A stretch of 64,000 nt of DNA, taken from the NCBI GenBank assembly GCA_004022145.1, contig RCNU01000017.1; one strand, 5' to 3'. Positions 49,945-62,324 of this stretch are shown here, in pieces. This DNA comes from Paecilomyces variotii (Eukaryota). The notes under the pieces are model-generated. The model worked only from the letters and a program-made list of their open reading frames with translations, was not told the origin of the DNA and ran no database searches. The position numbers and the translations under genes were made by a program. Within the stretch, counting starts at the first letter, position 1. Each line of letters opens with the position of its first letter.

Positions 49945-50801
49945 TCATGCTGCTTCTTCGACCGGACTCAGCTTGCTGGTTTCCTCAAGCGCAGTGCGGA
50001 TCTCGTCCGGGATATTGATTGTGCTGTTCATATAACGCTCTCCATAGCCTTGCCATCTCTCGATCATGGTCTGGCCACCGAACAAGGGGAGATCGCACCA
50101 CAAGCAGATACGACGTCGATCACCGTCAGTTCCCGGGTGATTGGAACATCCCTCGCCGATACAGCACTGCCTTTGCAAATCCACGTCCGTACACTGTTGA
50201 GCCCGACACGCGGAACAGAGCCAACCATCCTTGGCGGTGCAACGGCAAAAGTCCCCTTCTCCGGGGGCAAAAGTATAAGGTGTCACCTTCGGTGGTGAGC
50301 TAGTGAAATTACGACCTCTATGCGGGGTTCCATTAGCCCAACATTGTACACAGAGGTATCGTGTGCGCGTTCTATATGCATTGTTTTTCTTTGCAAAGGA
50401 CTCCTGTGCGGAGTTAGCAACTAATGATGAGAGATATATCGAGGTATATAGAGACTAACTTTGACAATGCATGCGTCGCAAACAGGCATCGAACAGAATT
50501 TACACATATGGGAGAAATTTCCTTTCGTGTGCTGAGGCTCGGAACATGTCATCTGCGCGAGCGACTTCAGACCAGACCAGTATGCTGTCTGATGTTCCCC
50601 AACATAGATATCCGGTCGTACAGAACCCCCGAAACTAGTGCCACCTGAAGACGAGGCGTGGAGAGGAGGAGGAAAGCCATGCAGAGCGGCTCTGCAGCTG
50701 GAATTCGACCGTGAAAGGTTCAGCAGATCACCCACTCCTAAATAGGAGACGAGGTTGGAAACTACCGGCCAGGGATAAAGTATATCCAGCAGCCCGCACA
50801 T
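49945..50801 (-). CDS. Cys-rich hypothetical protein with an F-box-like N-terminus; exons 50801-50460 and 50403-49945
   Basis: WPVVSNLVSYLGVGDLLNLSRSNSSCR is F-box-like, followed by multiple CxxC pairs (CKFC, CDAC, CVQC, CSAC, CLWC). Intron GTTAGT...GCTAAC...CAG (50459-50404). Confidence 0.75.
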
Positions 50802-51531
50802 AGGTCATTCGCAGGTAGGCTGTACTGGTAGCGATGTCGTTGAAAAGTAGTTCAATCAGAGGCACCGGTGGTTCTCGTTGAGAGCTTCGCAGGACGATCC
50901 AGTCTTCGACCGGAGAGAGTGCAGGCAGAATCACAATCACAGCTGCAGCCTATCACTCTGGCATGACAAGTAATCTCTCGAATTTCCTCGACCTGACTGC
51001 TCTCCGCAGTAGTCCCATGGAAGCAGCTTAGCAGCTTATCGTGGATTGCGTCGATAGTATAGAACCGATTCGAGCAACGCTCAGACGGGTAAGCATCGAT
51101 CAGAATAGCTTCGAAGAGCAATAGAGAGAACAGATTCGTGCAAGAAGACGAGCATCATGGGCTTTTGTCAGCACGAGAGAAAGCTGAACGTGGGTTACTG
51201 ATCCAAGGCGGGGAAGCCGGAGAGGTCCAAGGATGGGGCAGCCTATCCAGAGCTTGGCCTTTAGTCCACGGCGCGGGACAGCGAAAACCACCACTAACGC
51301 TATATTATCCAAACGCCAGGCACTTCTGCTTTTATATCACGCCTCCCTCTGTCCAGAACAAAACCACAATCGCAGCTTTGGCTACGTGACTCCTGCAGCT
51401 GCGTCACTCTCCGCGTGCGGCGCGGCAAAGCAGACGCCAGCTCTCGTCTCGTGCATCGGAGCTTCTCGTTGGCTCGAAGGACAGCAACAAACTGCTTATG
51501 ACTTCGCGGATCTGACCGCGGATCTGTCGTC

Positions 51532-51913
51532 ATGTCTCTCCAGGCATACATAAATAGTGAGCTTCTATAATTTACACATTGACTGCTTCTACGGAGCGCT
51601 TTTAGTCGCGGACGATGCTAACTTGGTCCTTGTGTCCACAGAGAAAGTCCTCATTTTGACCGTCGACGGGCGTACGCTTCTGGGGACACTTCTCTCGACC
51701 GATCAGCTCACAAACCTCGTGCTTTCCAATACGGTAGAACGTATAATTCGAACCCCAGACGACCCTGAGCCGAGCTCTCAGGTTGAGCATGGCCTGTATC
51801 TCATCCGTGGAGACAACGTCGTGATTTGTGGAGAAGTGGACGAGGGAATTGACGCGCAAATTGACTGGACGAAGGTCAAGGGTGAAGTGGTGAAAGGAAC
51901 GAAGAATGCATGA
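51532..51913 (+). CDS. lsm8: U6 snRNA-associated Sm-like protein Lsm8; exons 51532-51556 and 51642-51913
   Basis: MSLQAYINKKVLILTVDGRTLLGTL..DQLTNLVL...ERII...GLYLIRGDNVV (Sm1/Sm2 motifs). Confidence 0.95.
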
Positions 51914-54117
51914 ACCGGTTCAACGACAGAAAAGGCCTGCTGGCTCGCGTGGGGATGCGGGAGAAAGTGAGGATATCGACATGCGCTTGACCGGATGAGA
52001 CGCTGGGTTACGATATGTCAGCTTTCAGATGCATCTCGAAGCTGGACGTCGTGGCCCCCATCCAGCCACCGAGCAACGTGAGGAGCGCGCTCTTTTCAGC
52101 GAAGGGGCTGCCCTTGTGCGCCCCCGAATAATTCTTTATGATGCCAGGCACTAGGGTCTGGTGCCTATAATTAGGATCATCGAAGAGCTTGGGGTACTAG
52201 GAAACCTGATTCGTACGGCCAGCAGCAGTTCGACAGAGAGGGGATTTCGCCATGGCCCTTTTAGAGACGGAGAGGACGGGATATACTACTCTATATTCAA
52301 ATGCGAAATGGTCGCTTTGGGGGTGGATATGCTGTACTAGTATAGCCCTTCACTTAGCATTACGAGAAATAATTTCAAAATGAATAACAATGCCATTACA
52401 TCAAAAGTCCCATATCCTCGTTCAGGTTGTTCGCAGCAGGCGCTTGGACGCTCTTCTACCGGGGACAGGGCTTGGACGGCCTTGGCTCATTCCGAGGGTT
52501 GTACAGATTACGGGCTATTGTTGTTGTTGTTGCTGCTGCTGCTTTTTTAATAATGTTGCGCACGATCAGATATGAACCCAACGTCGCCCGCGGGATTGCC
52601 CAATTGGTCCTCGGTATGCGGAGAGCAGACGATCTTCTCCAGGAACCGTGACGGCATAAAGAATAGCATATAGCTATCGCGGAAAGGGCCCAAACACAGC
52701 CCAAACACCACAAAAGTCCAGCCCCCAATTATCCCATAGGCACCACGTTGACAAAGGCTGCTTAGTGTCAGAACTGTTGACGGGAGACTGTCGAGGTATT
52801 ATTATTCTGAGCTTCTCCAGTATCTAACCGGAGATATAGCGCCATTGTTTTAAGGCGTGTCGGGAGTTGCGAAATGATGTCTGCACGTCAGTCGGGAAGT
52901 GGATGTTCCGCTCAACGATGATCTCTATTTGGGGTAAATTACGAGTAGTCTAGATACTCCGTAGTCGTAGTGGTGCTAGTCGAGCGGACGACAGACGTCT
53001 TTCTCCCCGCTGGACAGAATAGGCTTTTGCACAGGTCAACGGCTTAAGTTGTATACCATAAGCATGGCTGAGCCACAATTGGAATCTGACCGTTACTCTC
53101 GATACACCTGGTGCCAGTCGTGGTGAGATACCTGACCCCTTGCGTCACGATTTTGCCGTGTCAGCGATGGAAGGCTAGGCTTTTTAGCTCCATTGTGTCA
53201 GAGATCTGCGAACATCTCGCAGCCCGTCTCCATCAGCAATTGTCGCCATTGAACGGCTCGTCTCGCCCGCTGCCAGTCATCCCCGTCTGGGCGGCAAGTG
53301 GACGGGGCAATACACGTGCGAGACTTGCTGGATAGGGCAAAGAGAGGATAACTACATATTCGCTAAGGATCGATCTGTTTTCAAAGAGCATTAGCCTAAG
53401 CCAAACCACTACGAGGGCTTCACGTTTTCTTGCGTGGATCCGCACGAGACCTCTTGAGACTGAGCGGGTGTCCATCTTGGCCCCCCGGGGCACAGAGAGA
53501 CAGCTGGAGGAAATAATAATAATCATAATAATAATAATACGATAGAATAATAATCTAGTGCAAGAAGTAATTGGTAGTTAGTGAGATAATGATGGCCCCA
53601 ATCGACGGAGCGGCTGGTTTCTTCGCGAGACCGGCGGATGTGACGGCGCGGCACTGCCTTCCCCTTTGCGTCGCCCGTCCAGCCACGGAGACCCCTCGCT
53701 GCTCCTGAATGTTCCCCCAGACTTCATCTTTCACGTCGTTTCTCCCCTCACCACCCGGCCTGCTGCAACGGCCGTCCTCTCTCCTCTTCTTGCCGCTCCT
53801 TCTTGCCTGTTACTGAATAATACAATCCATTTCCGACCAGACCTCACTCGTCCACACTCCAATCCACCTGTTAAGGTCGCTGGGCGGCCTCTCACTATAC
53901 AAGAACAAGAATAAGAACTCGAGGTACCGCCGCCTTCGGAGATCGAGTGCATCGTCGCTTTAAACTGCCCGTCTCCAAGTCCTCTGCGACATCCCCGCCA
54001 CTTCTCTCCGCAGTTCAACTATCAGATCCAGTGCGTGTCCGATGTGGTCTCTCAGGCGAGTAGTCTCGGAGCCGTACATATCTCGATTCACATAGGCGAC
54101 GTCGCCTCAGCCTCACT

Positions 54118-55392
54118 ATGTGGCTGTATAGAGGCGTGCAGTCGGCCGTCTTCTATTATGCCAGTTGTACTCCCTGTGCGGGCGCCATCGACCGTCGAAA
54201 ACGGAAGAAGGATGCAGTACGATCCCGACGTCAGAAGGCGAAGGATGCTGCTCTAGTGACGGACCAGCCGCGGCCATTTGCTCAACCTACGCCGTTTAGT
54301 ACGAACGAAGGATGGAAGGAGGAGATTGCCCTGGGGCCCGGCCCACCAGCCAGGAGGGGAGGGAACCGTGCTGGCAATAACCGTTCTCACAGTCGGCAAA
54401 CAGAGCGGGAGTCTAACGACGCCGCGGCAGACTCCAGTACAAGTCTAGGGTACGAGTCACCGCACAGGAGGGGAGGAATTGGTGAGCGATGGAATTGGAT
54501 GCACCATCAGAGAGAAGACGAGCCTCTTTGGGGGCAAGAGGCCAAGGGCTCATCCGTTGGTATATCGGGACGAGGTAGATCAGATACAAACGCTTCAGGT
54601 AAATACTACGCGCCGCGAGCTCCTCCCGTGAATGATCTTCACCCTCCAATTGTCAGCGGACCTACCAGTCGTGCAGAGACGAGATGGATGTTGCAGCCAC
54701 TTCCCAGTGCAAAGGTCATGGCTGGAAAGGCAGGTTCAGATGCGTCTACTCGTGGGAGCCACGGTGGCAGTCAGAAGAAGCGCGTGAATGTGAGACCCCC
54801 CGGGGCTCTCGCAGACAGCGACGATGAGGACGATATCCAGGACGAGCATTCGACGCCTGCCGATGGACGACCTGGCTGGCTTCGTAGCCGGTCAGCCAAC
54901 TCTAAGAGGACCTCTCCCGACAAGAGTTACAGGCTACCTCCACTCACGACATCTGAAAACCAGTCTTCTATAAAAGATTACGCTGCTGAGAGTGTCAAGC
55001 TTACGACTCGATCCCCACTAGCTGCCTCAGCAACTCACACAGGAGTGCCTACCCAAAGTCGGAAGAGTGCTGAGTCTCAGCGTCTCAACACTGCCTCCTC
55101 ATCTATATACTCCGTATCATCATCACCTTCTTTGCTCTCGTCCCATGCTGACTCTGCGGATGCATCATCGCCCTACCTGCAATACGGTCCGCCTGAAACG
55201 CCGCGGTCACGGCCAGGTTCCAAGGAGACCGGTCTTAGTGACAAGGCATTCTCGAACCCAATGTCCATTACGCGGCAGGATTTTAAGGATATCCAGACCG
55301 TGCATTTAGAAATCAACGGAGAAGGCAACATTCTGCAAGAGCCTGATCAGGTCCAACAAATGCGTCCTTTTCGATGGAGCATGGACCTATGA
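54118..55392 (+). CDS. Hypothetical protein (424 aa), mostly disordered
   Basis: Intronless ORF with conserved-looking blocks (MWLYRGVQSAVFYYASCTPC, QPTPFSTNEGW.EEI.LGPGPP, PPVNDLHPPIVS, WMLQP.PSAKVM, RWSMDL). Confidence 0.8.
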   Translation: MWLYRGVQSAVFYYASCTPCAGAIDRRKRKKDAVRSRRQKAKDAALVTDQPRPFAQPTPFSTNEGWKEEIALGPGPPARRGGNRAGNNRSHSRQTERESNDAAADSSTSLGYESPHRRGGIGERWNWMHHQREDEPLWGQEAKGSSVGISGRGRSDTNASGKYYAPRAPPVNDLHPPIVSGPTSRAETRWMLQPLPSAKVMAGKAGSDASTRGSHGGSQKKRVNVRPPGALADSDDEDDIQDEHSTPADGRPGWLRSRSANSKRTSPDKSYRLPPLTTSENQSSIKDYAAESVKLTTRSPLAASATHTGVPTQSRKSAESQRLNTASSSIYSVSSSPSLLSSHADSADASSPYLQYGPPETPRSRPGSKETGLSDKAFSNPMSITRQDFKDIQTVHLEINGEGNILQEPDQVQQMRPFRWSMDL

Positions 55393-57406
55393 TCGGACAT
55401 AAGCCAGCCAGTGTGCTAGAAATCCGTACAACTTATCTCACCCCTCTTCTGGGCCTCGACGCACAGCGTATGAAGATCCCGCCTCCATTCGCGGGTACGC
55501 TCGCATTCGAGACGGGACGGCCGCCTTGAGGATTTGCGTCTGGGGCCTGGCTGGACCAGCGCGCCCGGCATCTTTGACATTGAGCCTCCTATATGCGAAC
55601 CGTCCGCTGAGGCTGATGCAGACGCGGGTCTTTGACCATTTCCATCGTTCACCCTTTTTTTGTCCATTCTCGGTGTCGTATTACCTTTTCCCCTTCTTCT
55701 AGCGACCTTGTAGATTATGTCTTCTTAATAGGATTGTTCATTTTTGCTTAGCCTGTCCCGATCGTTGCATTTTCATTCCACCTTCGCTCTTCCCTCCTGG
55801 TCTGCTTGGCATATCTGTCTGTCGTTAGTCCCCCTATGTGAGCATTTCATTTTCCTTGGCTATCGGCGTTGGAGTCTTACCTGGTGAATGACATACATGC
55901 GTGTTCTTTTTCGCTATCGTGGGATGAAAGAGCATAGCGTGCATCGCCGCATTTGCCTTTTTTCTTTTCATTCTGCGTCTGGATCGTCCGTATTGTTTGT
56001 TGCTATAAAAAGACTATCTTGCTTAATGGTCAGCGCGCTGTCTTTCTGGCTGTCTGATAGCTGGTGGAAAGTGTGTTGCATTTTTCCTTGCTAGGTCTGC
56101 AGAGAAGGCAAAGGATCTCCAGATTTCCTAAATTCCGAAAATCAATGACTATTCAGCTGAAGTGGTCCTGTGTCCTAAATCACGGCTTAGATTTGCTATA
56201 TAACTAATGGACCTGTGAATGGCATGTTCTGTTTAGTTTCGCTACTTTCAGTTGGCGCTCTCATACGAGGTCATGCGATCTTAATCTGGGATTGATCATT
56301 GTACAGTTTGGATCCTAGTTCTATAAGCAATTTCAACGATGAGATGGTTCCGCCTGGGCTAGCTCGATCCAACCAAGTCTGACTTGATCCGAACTCGTTA
56401 TCTACGCCCAGGGAAATAAGACAAACTCGGGTAGAACCCGTTTATTATTATTTGATGTCGGAAATCCCTCAACTGCCGCTTCCGCGATGGCGCTAATAAT
56501 AGTTCTATCTAAAAAAGGCTTGTTTTTCAACTTCCACCTATCAAAACTCCGATCAGCGCCCCCCTAGTCTCACCCCGCACGTCTAGGCAATGGCACTGAT
56601 CGATTTTGATAGGTGAATATGGAACGACAAGCTTTTTGATCCACTAACTAGCGCCATCGGGAAAGAGTAGAATACCTAACTGCGGGAAATAATTAATCAA
56701 GAATTATTATGATCAGATTAAATGATGATAATGAATGATTAGTTGGGGAGATTATCTCCTACCTGATCTGTCACTGGGTTCGGTTGTATGGAACTCTGGG
56801 AGAAAAAGAAAGGAAATAAAATAGGGCCAATGCGGTTTATGTATGTATGTGTATACCTCGGCAGAGGATATCTACTCCGTATATCCACCTCATCCCCTCT
56901 TTTAATTATTATTTGACATTCGTGATTTACGTAACGTTGTTGGGTGCTGTTATTTTGATTTTGATTTCTTTTTTTCACCCCGCCTCTTCATTCTTTTTAT
57001 TCCGTTGATGCCCGATGGCGGAGGGTAATCGAGGAGGGATTACCGTGACCCAAGACTCGGGCATACTCGACTTAGTTGACGACGGTCAGAGTTAATAATA
57101 ATAATGTCTCGGTAGAATCGGATAGACGTTTCCACTCTCGAAACAAGCAAAGTGGGGGGAGCATTGGGGATGGTAACTAATCGATGCTCAAATCTATCCT
57201 GCTCGAACTAGCGCAAGCATTCGCCTCTGGTAGTTAGTCACTTACTCGGTGATTATCAAAGCCCGGGTTATTATTGTTTAGGGCTCGAAAAATCGCGCAC
57301 GGGTCCCGAACCAAAGAAAAATACTTATTACTCTTTATCTATCTCATCGCCATGATCATCAGATTAGATTGATTGATAAATCAATCATTCAATCAGATTT
57401 CTGTTT

Positions 57407-59083
57407 ATGGCGGCAGTTGAAGGATCGGGGCCCCTTTCGTGGACTCTGAGTATATTGCGCAGACCATGGAAGGTTATCCCCAACAATACCTACGCAGATA
57501 TTCAGAGAATAGCCCCGATCCAACTGCCCGGCCAGTCTCAAGAGTCATGGACGTCTGATGATGATGGCGCCGTACGCAGAAAGAACCATGATCTGGAGAG
57601 CAATACCAAGCAGGCCCAGACACCTGCTGCGTCCGTGAGTGTCTTCGATAGGGTCGTTGCCTTTGCGGGTACGCCTCTCGTTTTCTTCCTCACGGTTGCT
57701 GGCTTGATCGCCTGGATGATCGTCGGAATTGTCCTCGGCCCGTCCCAAACGTGGCAGATTGCAATCCAGAACGTCAGCTCGATCCAGTGCTATGCCTCGG
57801 ATACCCTCCTCATGCGGCAGCAACGGAACAACTTCCGCGACCTGCTGGGCTTGATCTGTGAACTCCGCTCGCGGAATACAGCCTGTCAGCGAATGGTCGA
57901 ACAGCTGCGTCGGACGAATCCCAGTTTCTTCGACTCGCAGACGCCGCCCGAGATGGAAATCGACCAGAAGAACCTGAACCCGGTCGAACTGGACGTCCAT
58001 CAAGTCGATAACGGCGTCCATCTCCCGCCGAGTTCCATATACGATAGAATCTGCGATCCCATCGTATGGGCATTCAGCTCTCTGTACGCCTGGATCATCT
58101 TCTGGGCCGGGATCTTTGTCTGGTTAGGGTTCGGCCACGAGCAACAATGGGGCAACAATTGGCAGTTGTATATCAATAGTGCAACGGCTGTAGAACTCAC
58201 TTTTGTCAGTGTCTTCTTGCAAAATACCAGACAACGCCACATGAATTATCTCAACGAGTGTTTCAAGTCCATCACACACGAGGATATGCGCCTGGAGCGC
58301 CGACTCCGTGAGATCACGGGCGATATAGACCCCAACCCGACTGTGGCGTTCGAGTATGATTATAGGAAGGAAACCACGCGCGGTCAGCGAATGATTGATT
58401 ATTATGCTGCCGTCGTCGGTACGGGAGTCGGATTGTTTCTGTCGGCGATGGTGTTCGCCGTGTGGATCGGCGTAGGGTCGTTGATGCAGTGGAATTCGAA
58501 CTGGTGGTTGATTATCGGCACCTATACAGGGCTCGTGGGTTTCGTCGACGGCTTTGTGTTGCGGAATATTTACTTCCGCGGTTCTCGCGCCGTGGACGGA
58601 CAGTTTGGCGTGCTGGCCGAGGAAGACGCCCGACTAAGCACCTTGCTTGGAATGTCGACAGTGCCTCAGGACACGGTCGAGATCGACTCCCTGCAGGCTC
58701 GCATCGCCGATAAAGTCGGCGAGTGGTGTTCGCGCTCGGGCGTCGTGCTGAGCTCTTTCGTGATCGTGCTGGCGTTGATAATCATTGCTTCCGGTCTACG
58801 CTGGTCGGAAACAGGCCAGCTCCTCTGCAACACGCCGACGATGATTATCGAGGGCTTTCTGTTGTTGGTGTTGATCCAAACGCACAATATGACCAATACG
58901 CACCGTCGTCTGCAGTTCCGCGATGCTCTGCGGCGAAGAATGGCGATTAATTCGCAGGTATGTCGGCTCATGCCGAAGGGAAGTGTAAATATTGGTAGTG
59001 AAAAAGAGTCTGCCGATCTCTCGATAGAACTCGAGACGAGCTCCCCGGGTGATCCTCAGGGGGTAACGGTGGTTCAATTATAG
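57407..59083 (+). CDS. fet4: Low-affinity iron/zinc permease (Fet4/FetD family)
   Basis: 558-aa multi-TM ORF with WQI.IQNVSSIQCYASDTLLMRQQ, WQLYINSATAVELTF.SVFLQNTR, WWLIIGTYTGLVGFVDGFVLRN and TGQLLCNTPTMIIEGFLL. Confidence 0.93.
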   Translation: MAAVEGSGPLSWTLSILRRPWKVIPNNTYADIQRIAPIQLPGQSQESWTSDDDGAVRRKNHDLESNTKQAQTPAASVSVFDRVVAFAGTPLVFFLTVAGLIAWMIVGIVLGPSQTWQIAIQNVSSIQCYASDTLLMRQQRNNFRDLLGLICELRSRNTACQRMVEQLRRTNPSFFDSQTPPEMEIDQKNLNPVELDVHQVDNGVHLPPSSIYDRICDPIVWAFSSLYAWIIFWAGIFVWLGFGHEQQWGNNWQLYINSATAVELTFVSVFLQNTRQRHMNYLNECFKSITHEDMRLERRLREITGDIDPNPTVAFEYDYRKETTRGQRMIDYYAAVVGTGVGLFLSAMVFAVWIGVGSLMQWNSNWWLIIGTYTGLVGFVDGFVLRNIYFRGSRAVDGQFGVLAEEDARLSTLLGMSTVPQDTVEIDSLQARIADKVGEWCSRSGVVLSSFVIVLALIIIASGLRWSETGQLLCNTPTMIIEGFLLLVLIQTHNMTNTHRRLQFRDALRRRMAINSQVCRLMPKGSVNIGSEKESADLSIELETSSPGDPQGVTVVQL

Positions 59084-60175
59084 AGTGTATATACTGTACT
59101 TGCATGCAGGCATCAAGATAGACAGACAGATAGATAGATGGATAGACAGTTTGGATTTCTCAAAGATGTATGTACATATTGAAGCGATCCTGTCCTCTCG
59201 CCCAAGTCCATGGTTCCAAATGTACATTTAGTCCTAGCCGTCACACTGGCATGGGCAATCCCAAACGCCATCGTTCTATAAGGCACGAGAGAATATCAAG
59301 AGCCCGCAGATCTAGCCTAGGGATGTGTAGCCCAACTTATGAAGCTCTAACAACCAAGAGCCAAGTCATGGCAAGAGATATCACTCCGGACATCTAGATT
59401 CACAAGAAACATTTTCTTGCGTCTCTCTTTGGGATATGCAGAGCTTTAACTGACATTTGCCTTTTCTCTTCCATCTCTCTCTCTCTCTCTGTCTTTCCCT
59501 TCTTATTTTTTATTCTATTATTATATCATCTGGCATATATTCTAGATCCAACACGAGGTCAGATCTATCTATAGCAATTGCCAAGAACGCCAATCGCGCT
59601 GGTTGATTTTGGGGGCCAACCGTAACGAGCCAAATGCTAAGCAACTACATATATCCTGTAATTAGCCTATCCGAAGCCCATCGGCCAAGAATGACCGTGG
59701 GGGCTATTGGGCTGATATTCCCGACCCTTTGCTCTAGATTGCTCAACGGAATGTCTACTTGCTGATTGACCTGCAGGTATTCTCGCATAGCTAGAATCGA
59801 GAGAAGATGTAACGATAGAAATTTTATTTCTTTGGGTGCTTGCTAAGAATATCAATATCAGGATCTTTCTGGATACTATGAAATCACGATGCCATAGAGA
59901 GTCAGGTTAGTATTCCAAGAAAGGGTTTGATGGTTGATAAAGCTATAGAAAATGCGATCTTGGAGATCGCGTAGTGAGCTGGCTATGCAGGGAAACAACG
60001 AGTTGTGATGATAAGACGCCAATAAACCATGAGTTGTAAGGAAAAGGACGGCCATTTTGATTTTTTTTTACGTCAAGATGAGTTTCCTCTGCCGTACTAA
60101 TAATATGATCTCTTCTTTTTGTAAGAGACTTGAGACGTAAGATTCGTAAAATCTTGCCTTAAGCTTTGGTTGCCC

Positions 60176-61442
60176 CTAATACACCTTCTTCTTCTCGTCG
60201 ACACTCAGTTGGCCGGGTCCCATGTTGACCAGAAGGAGGAGACCTCCGCTATGACAAGTGTTAGCTGGGTTTCATTGACCAATTTCGAAGAATGAAACGG
60301 TGGTTCACTTACACAATGGACAGAATCTGGAAGAAGTCGTACTTGGCGAAGTCCTTGTGTGGGTGGTAAGCGTGCAGCTAAGGAATTGTCAGTATACCAT
60401 GCGTGGCTAGTAATCTGTAGTTCCAAGGAGTATAGAACTTACAGTCCAGAAGTTGTTCACGAGAATGTTGAACACGCTGAGAAGCACGACGAGAATGACA
60501 GCGCTCCACTTGGCCTTGAATCCAACGACCACCATGATGCAGGCAACGAATCCGAACAAGCTGACTACGACGCGCCAGAAGGACCACTCGCCCGCGAAGA
60601 CGAATCCGATGAACAGGAAGATAAGAAGAACGCGACCAGCGAACTGGAAGTACATCTTGCGGTCCTTCTCGTCCAGCTGAGGGAGACCGGCAGGAACAAA
60701 CCTCTTGCGAACCCAGGAATCCGAAAGGACCATGAGAAGACCACCGATCACACTCAGGTTGCGCAGGAAGAAGTTTAGGTCAAAGATCAGTCCATAGCCA
60801 AGGGCCTGAGTCACGACAACTCCCAAGAGTCCTCCAACGGCATATTCGCTGTGCTTCCGTGCGATAACGAGGACCGAGCAAGTGGTCATGGCAATGACGT
60901 TGGCAATCAGGAAAAGATGCGTGATGCCCCATGGGACTGCAAGATGCCGGCCAAGTCAGCTTCTCACGTTTTCTTCTTGATAATAGCGCAGTACGGGTTA
61001 TGATCCGCATGGGAAAGGGATAGATCGCAATGTTGCAGGCGCGAGCTTACTATGTCGGTAATCATGGAGGTATAGCAATTGATCGCTCCATTGTGTAATA
61101 ATACGCAACGCATCTTCGAGAAAGGTGACGACGATCAGGAAACGGCCAATTGCTGGTAGGTATCTGCTCACGAATAATGATCACGTCAGGATAATCGTTC
61201 CGCAAGCTCTCTCATCCAGTCCTGCGGGAAACAAACAAAGACACACGGGGTCAGCAAGGGCCTCTTCCAACGTACGGTTTAATAGGATCCGAAAGCGTGT
61301 CCAGCAGATCCTCGATCTTGCTCGTCTGCTCCCGAATGGCGTCTAACGGACTTGGATCATTTGTTGCATCTGCCCTGCCTGGTCCGCCAAAGGGGTTCTG
61401 GTGGCCGAGATTGTAGCCCGCGGTGCCGCGGATTTGCGCCAT
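60176..61442 (-). CDS. erv29: ER cargo receptor Erv29/SURF4, multi-exon
   Basis: MAQIRGTAGYNLG..., PAIGRFLIVVTFLEDALRI, FFLRNLSVIGGLLMV and KYDFFQILS; C-terminal DEKKKVY* di-lysine signal. Confidence 0.96.
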
Positions 61443-62324
61443 GACGGACGATTCGAACAGCAAAGCTGGAAGACAGATAGTCACCTCAAATGAAAGCCAC
61501 CCGACAGCAAGCGGTCATATAACCGAAGAGATGAGAGAAAGAGAGAACGGGCGGGGCCTGGAGATCTGGGAAGGTTATAGACGCGAGAGCTTCCGGACCA
61601 GGTGGCTCAGTAAGTCAGTCAGTACAGGCCACGATGACCGTAACTCGGCTGACCGCCCAGTCGAGTTTGGTTGCCAAGGCCTCGGCGGACGCTTGGTTAG
61701 TTATGCCAGGGCAGTATGGGTAAGGCAAGGGACAACAGGAACGCAATCGACAAAGCGAGACAGGAACGTGTGTCAGAAACTGATTCAAGGCTAGTTAATA
61801 ATAATCATCAACTGCTTGGTTTCAGTCAAGTTCCTGTCTCAGGCAAAGGAAAGTCATGGCGAACCTTCTGTGCAGCAGTTAAAAATAGAGTAAGAAACTG
61901 TCAACTAGTGATATCTACCAAGAGGCTGACGAGCTAAGACCAAGATGTGGACACGGGCGGTGCAGATCATCGTCATAGGGTACCATACGTCTTCCTTTTC
62001 CAAGTGAATAGAGTAAACAATATCCACTGTCTACTGGTTCTTGCGGTCTCTATACATCACGTCTCAACATGATCTCAGCGCACCACCATGGGACGTGCAG
62101 ATAATTATTATTTCGATTATAGACTGGAGACAGTACTATTGAGTCGGTAGTACGTTAGGGCTGGATGATGTTCATCATGTCATCCTATGAGTTTTTCAAG
62201 TCGTTGTTAACCAAACATGGAGTTTACGATACAATCACAGTTATATGACTACAAACAAGATGATCTTGTAAGAACACGAAGTACAAGTAAACAGGCAAAC
62301 GTTATTAGCAGTCGCTACTCCCAC

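Noticed and set aside
52518-59492. Short microsatellites: (TGT)n(TGC)n ~52518, (ATA)n ~53514, (AGAT/AGAC)n ~59117, (CT)n ~59474
   Set aside because: Ordinary short intergenic simple repeats.
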